Shown here piece by piece: positions 63,556 to 64,000 of a stretch of 64,000 nt of DNA (position 1 is its first letter; each line of letters starts with the position of its first letter). The position numbers were made by a program, and so were the translations under genes. Source of the DNA: Candidatus Poribacteria bacterium (GTDB lineage Bacteria; Poribacteria; WGA-4E; JAJDTR01); contig CBDCTK010000002.1 of NCBI GenBank assembly GCA_965222225.1, positions 3,648,001 to 3,712,000 on the forward strand. The letters run 5' to 3'. The notes beneath the pieces were generated by a model. The model saw only the letters and a list, made by a program, of their open reading frames with translations, did no database searches and was not told where the DNA came from.

Positions 63556-63626
63556 ATTAACAATCTTCGATCAAGCAGCTGAATTAAGGAGCGCGATAGA
63601 ATCCCTAATAGTGCCCATAGAAATTC
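63556..63626 (+). repeat. diverged nest of 36-nt elements within a REP
   Basis: GTAGGTTGGG[...ATCAAGCAGCTGAATTAAGGAGCGCGATAGAATCCC...]...AATCCCAAC. Confidence 0.65.
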
Positions 63627-63780
63627 GCGTGAATCCCAACACTTCATCGCACACAATCTACAATCATCAACTCCCAGATGGATTCCCAAAAAACTAGGGA
63701 CTTGTAGGAGCGATCTCCCGATCGCGACTTCTTGTGGAATCGCCAATCATCAAACTCCGACCTCATCTCCACTCTCCTCT

Positions 63781-64000
63781 TCAACTTGTCAACTCACCGC
63801 ACACTACGGGCTGCTCAACCAGCAGTTCTCCCTCCCGGCTCCGCGTCCCGGTAGGCATGTAGTGAATCACCATCGCTCGACGCTCTCGCGCCGATGTGTT
63901 CGGGTTCGATTGATGCAGCGTCAGGCAATGATGTACCATCGCATGCCCCGCTTTGACCGGCATCGCCACGGCGTGTTCGGTATCCACCTTAGCTGCCAGA
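63781..64000 (-). CDS. PhyH-family dioxygenase, 3' part
   Basis: VKAGHAMVHHCLTLHQSNPNTS..ERRAMVIHY. Confidence 0.85.
   Translation of the reverse strand, partial: LAAKVDTEHAVAMPVKAGHAMVHHCLTLHQSNPNTSARERRAMVIHYMPTGTRSREGELLVEQPVVCGELTS

Noticed and set aside
4146-63626. 36-nt element as adapter contamination or as a DGR-mutagenised product
   Set aside because: Copies differ with compensatory changes and essentially avoid gene interiors; the variation is not restricted to A positions.

Overview
Bacterial chromosomal segment. It most resembles Candidatus Poribacteria: several TolB/PD40 proteins end in a 'VSPxGKxxxxWGxLK' tail and PhyH genes are present (inference, not a database result). Core blocks: fabF-acpP-fabG-fabD-fabH-rpmF-yceD-lysC-hom-tRNA-Pro (minus strand, 1-7.9 kb), queE...hisS-aspS (29-40 kb) and rho-rpmE-prfA-prmC (59-63 kb). 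Two accessory zones lie between them. The first (10.5-28 kb) holds GT-C-like glycosyltransferases, a decaying TolB-like paralog cluster, a GH13 gene, IS scars and MITEs. The second (40-55 kb) is a defence-type island with XRE-ImmA/IrrE, a proteasome-like Ntn hydrolase, a rearranged type III R-M system, HicB and a nuclease. The most striking unexplained signal is a 36-nt element (consensus ATYAANYGARYGRAYARYGARNGCGATAGAGATCCC), with about 25 full or partial copies at 12 loci. It is not a Watson-Crick palindrome, yet its variable positions co-vary as a hairpin (pairs 6:22, 7:21, 10:18, 11:17) around tandem G.A mismatches. It is inserted into REP hairpins and repeatedly into itself, and it supplies the stop codons of two genes. 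No mobilising enzyme is visible in the window.
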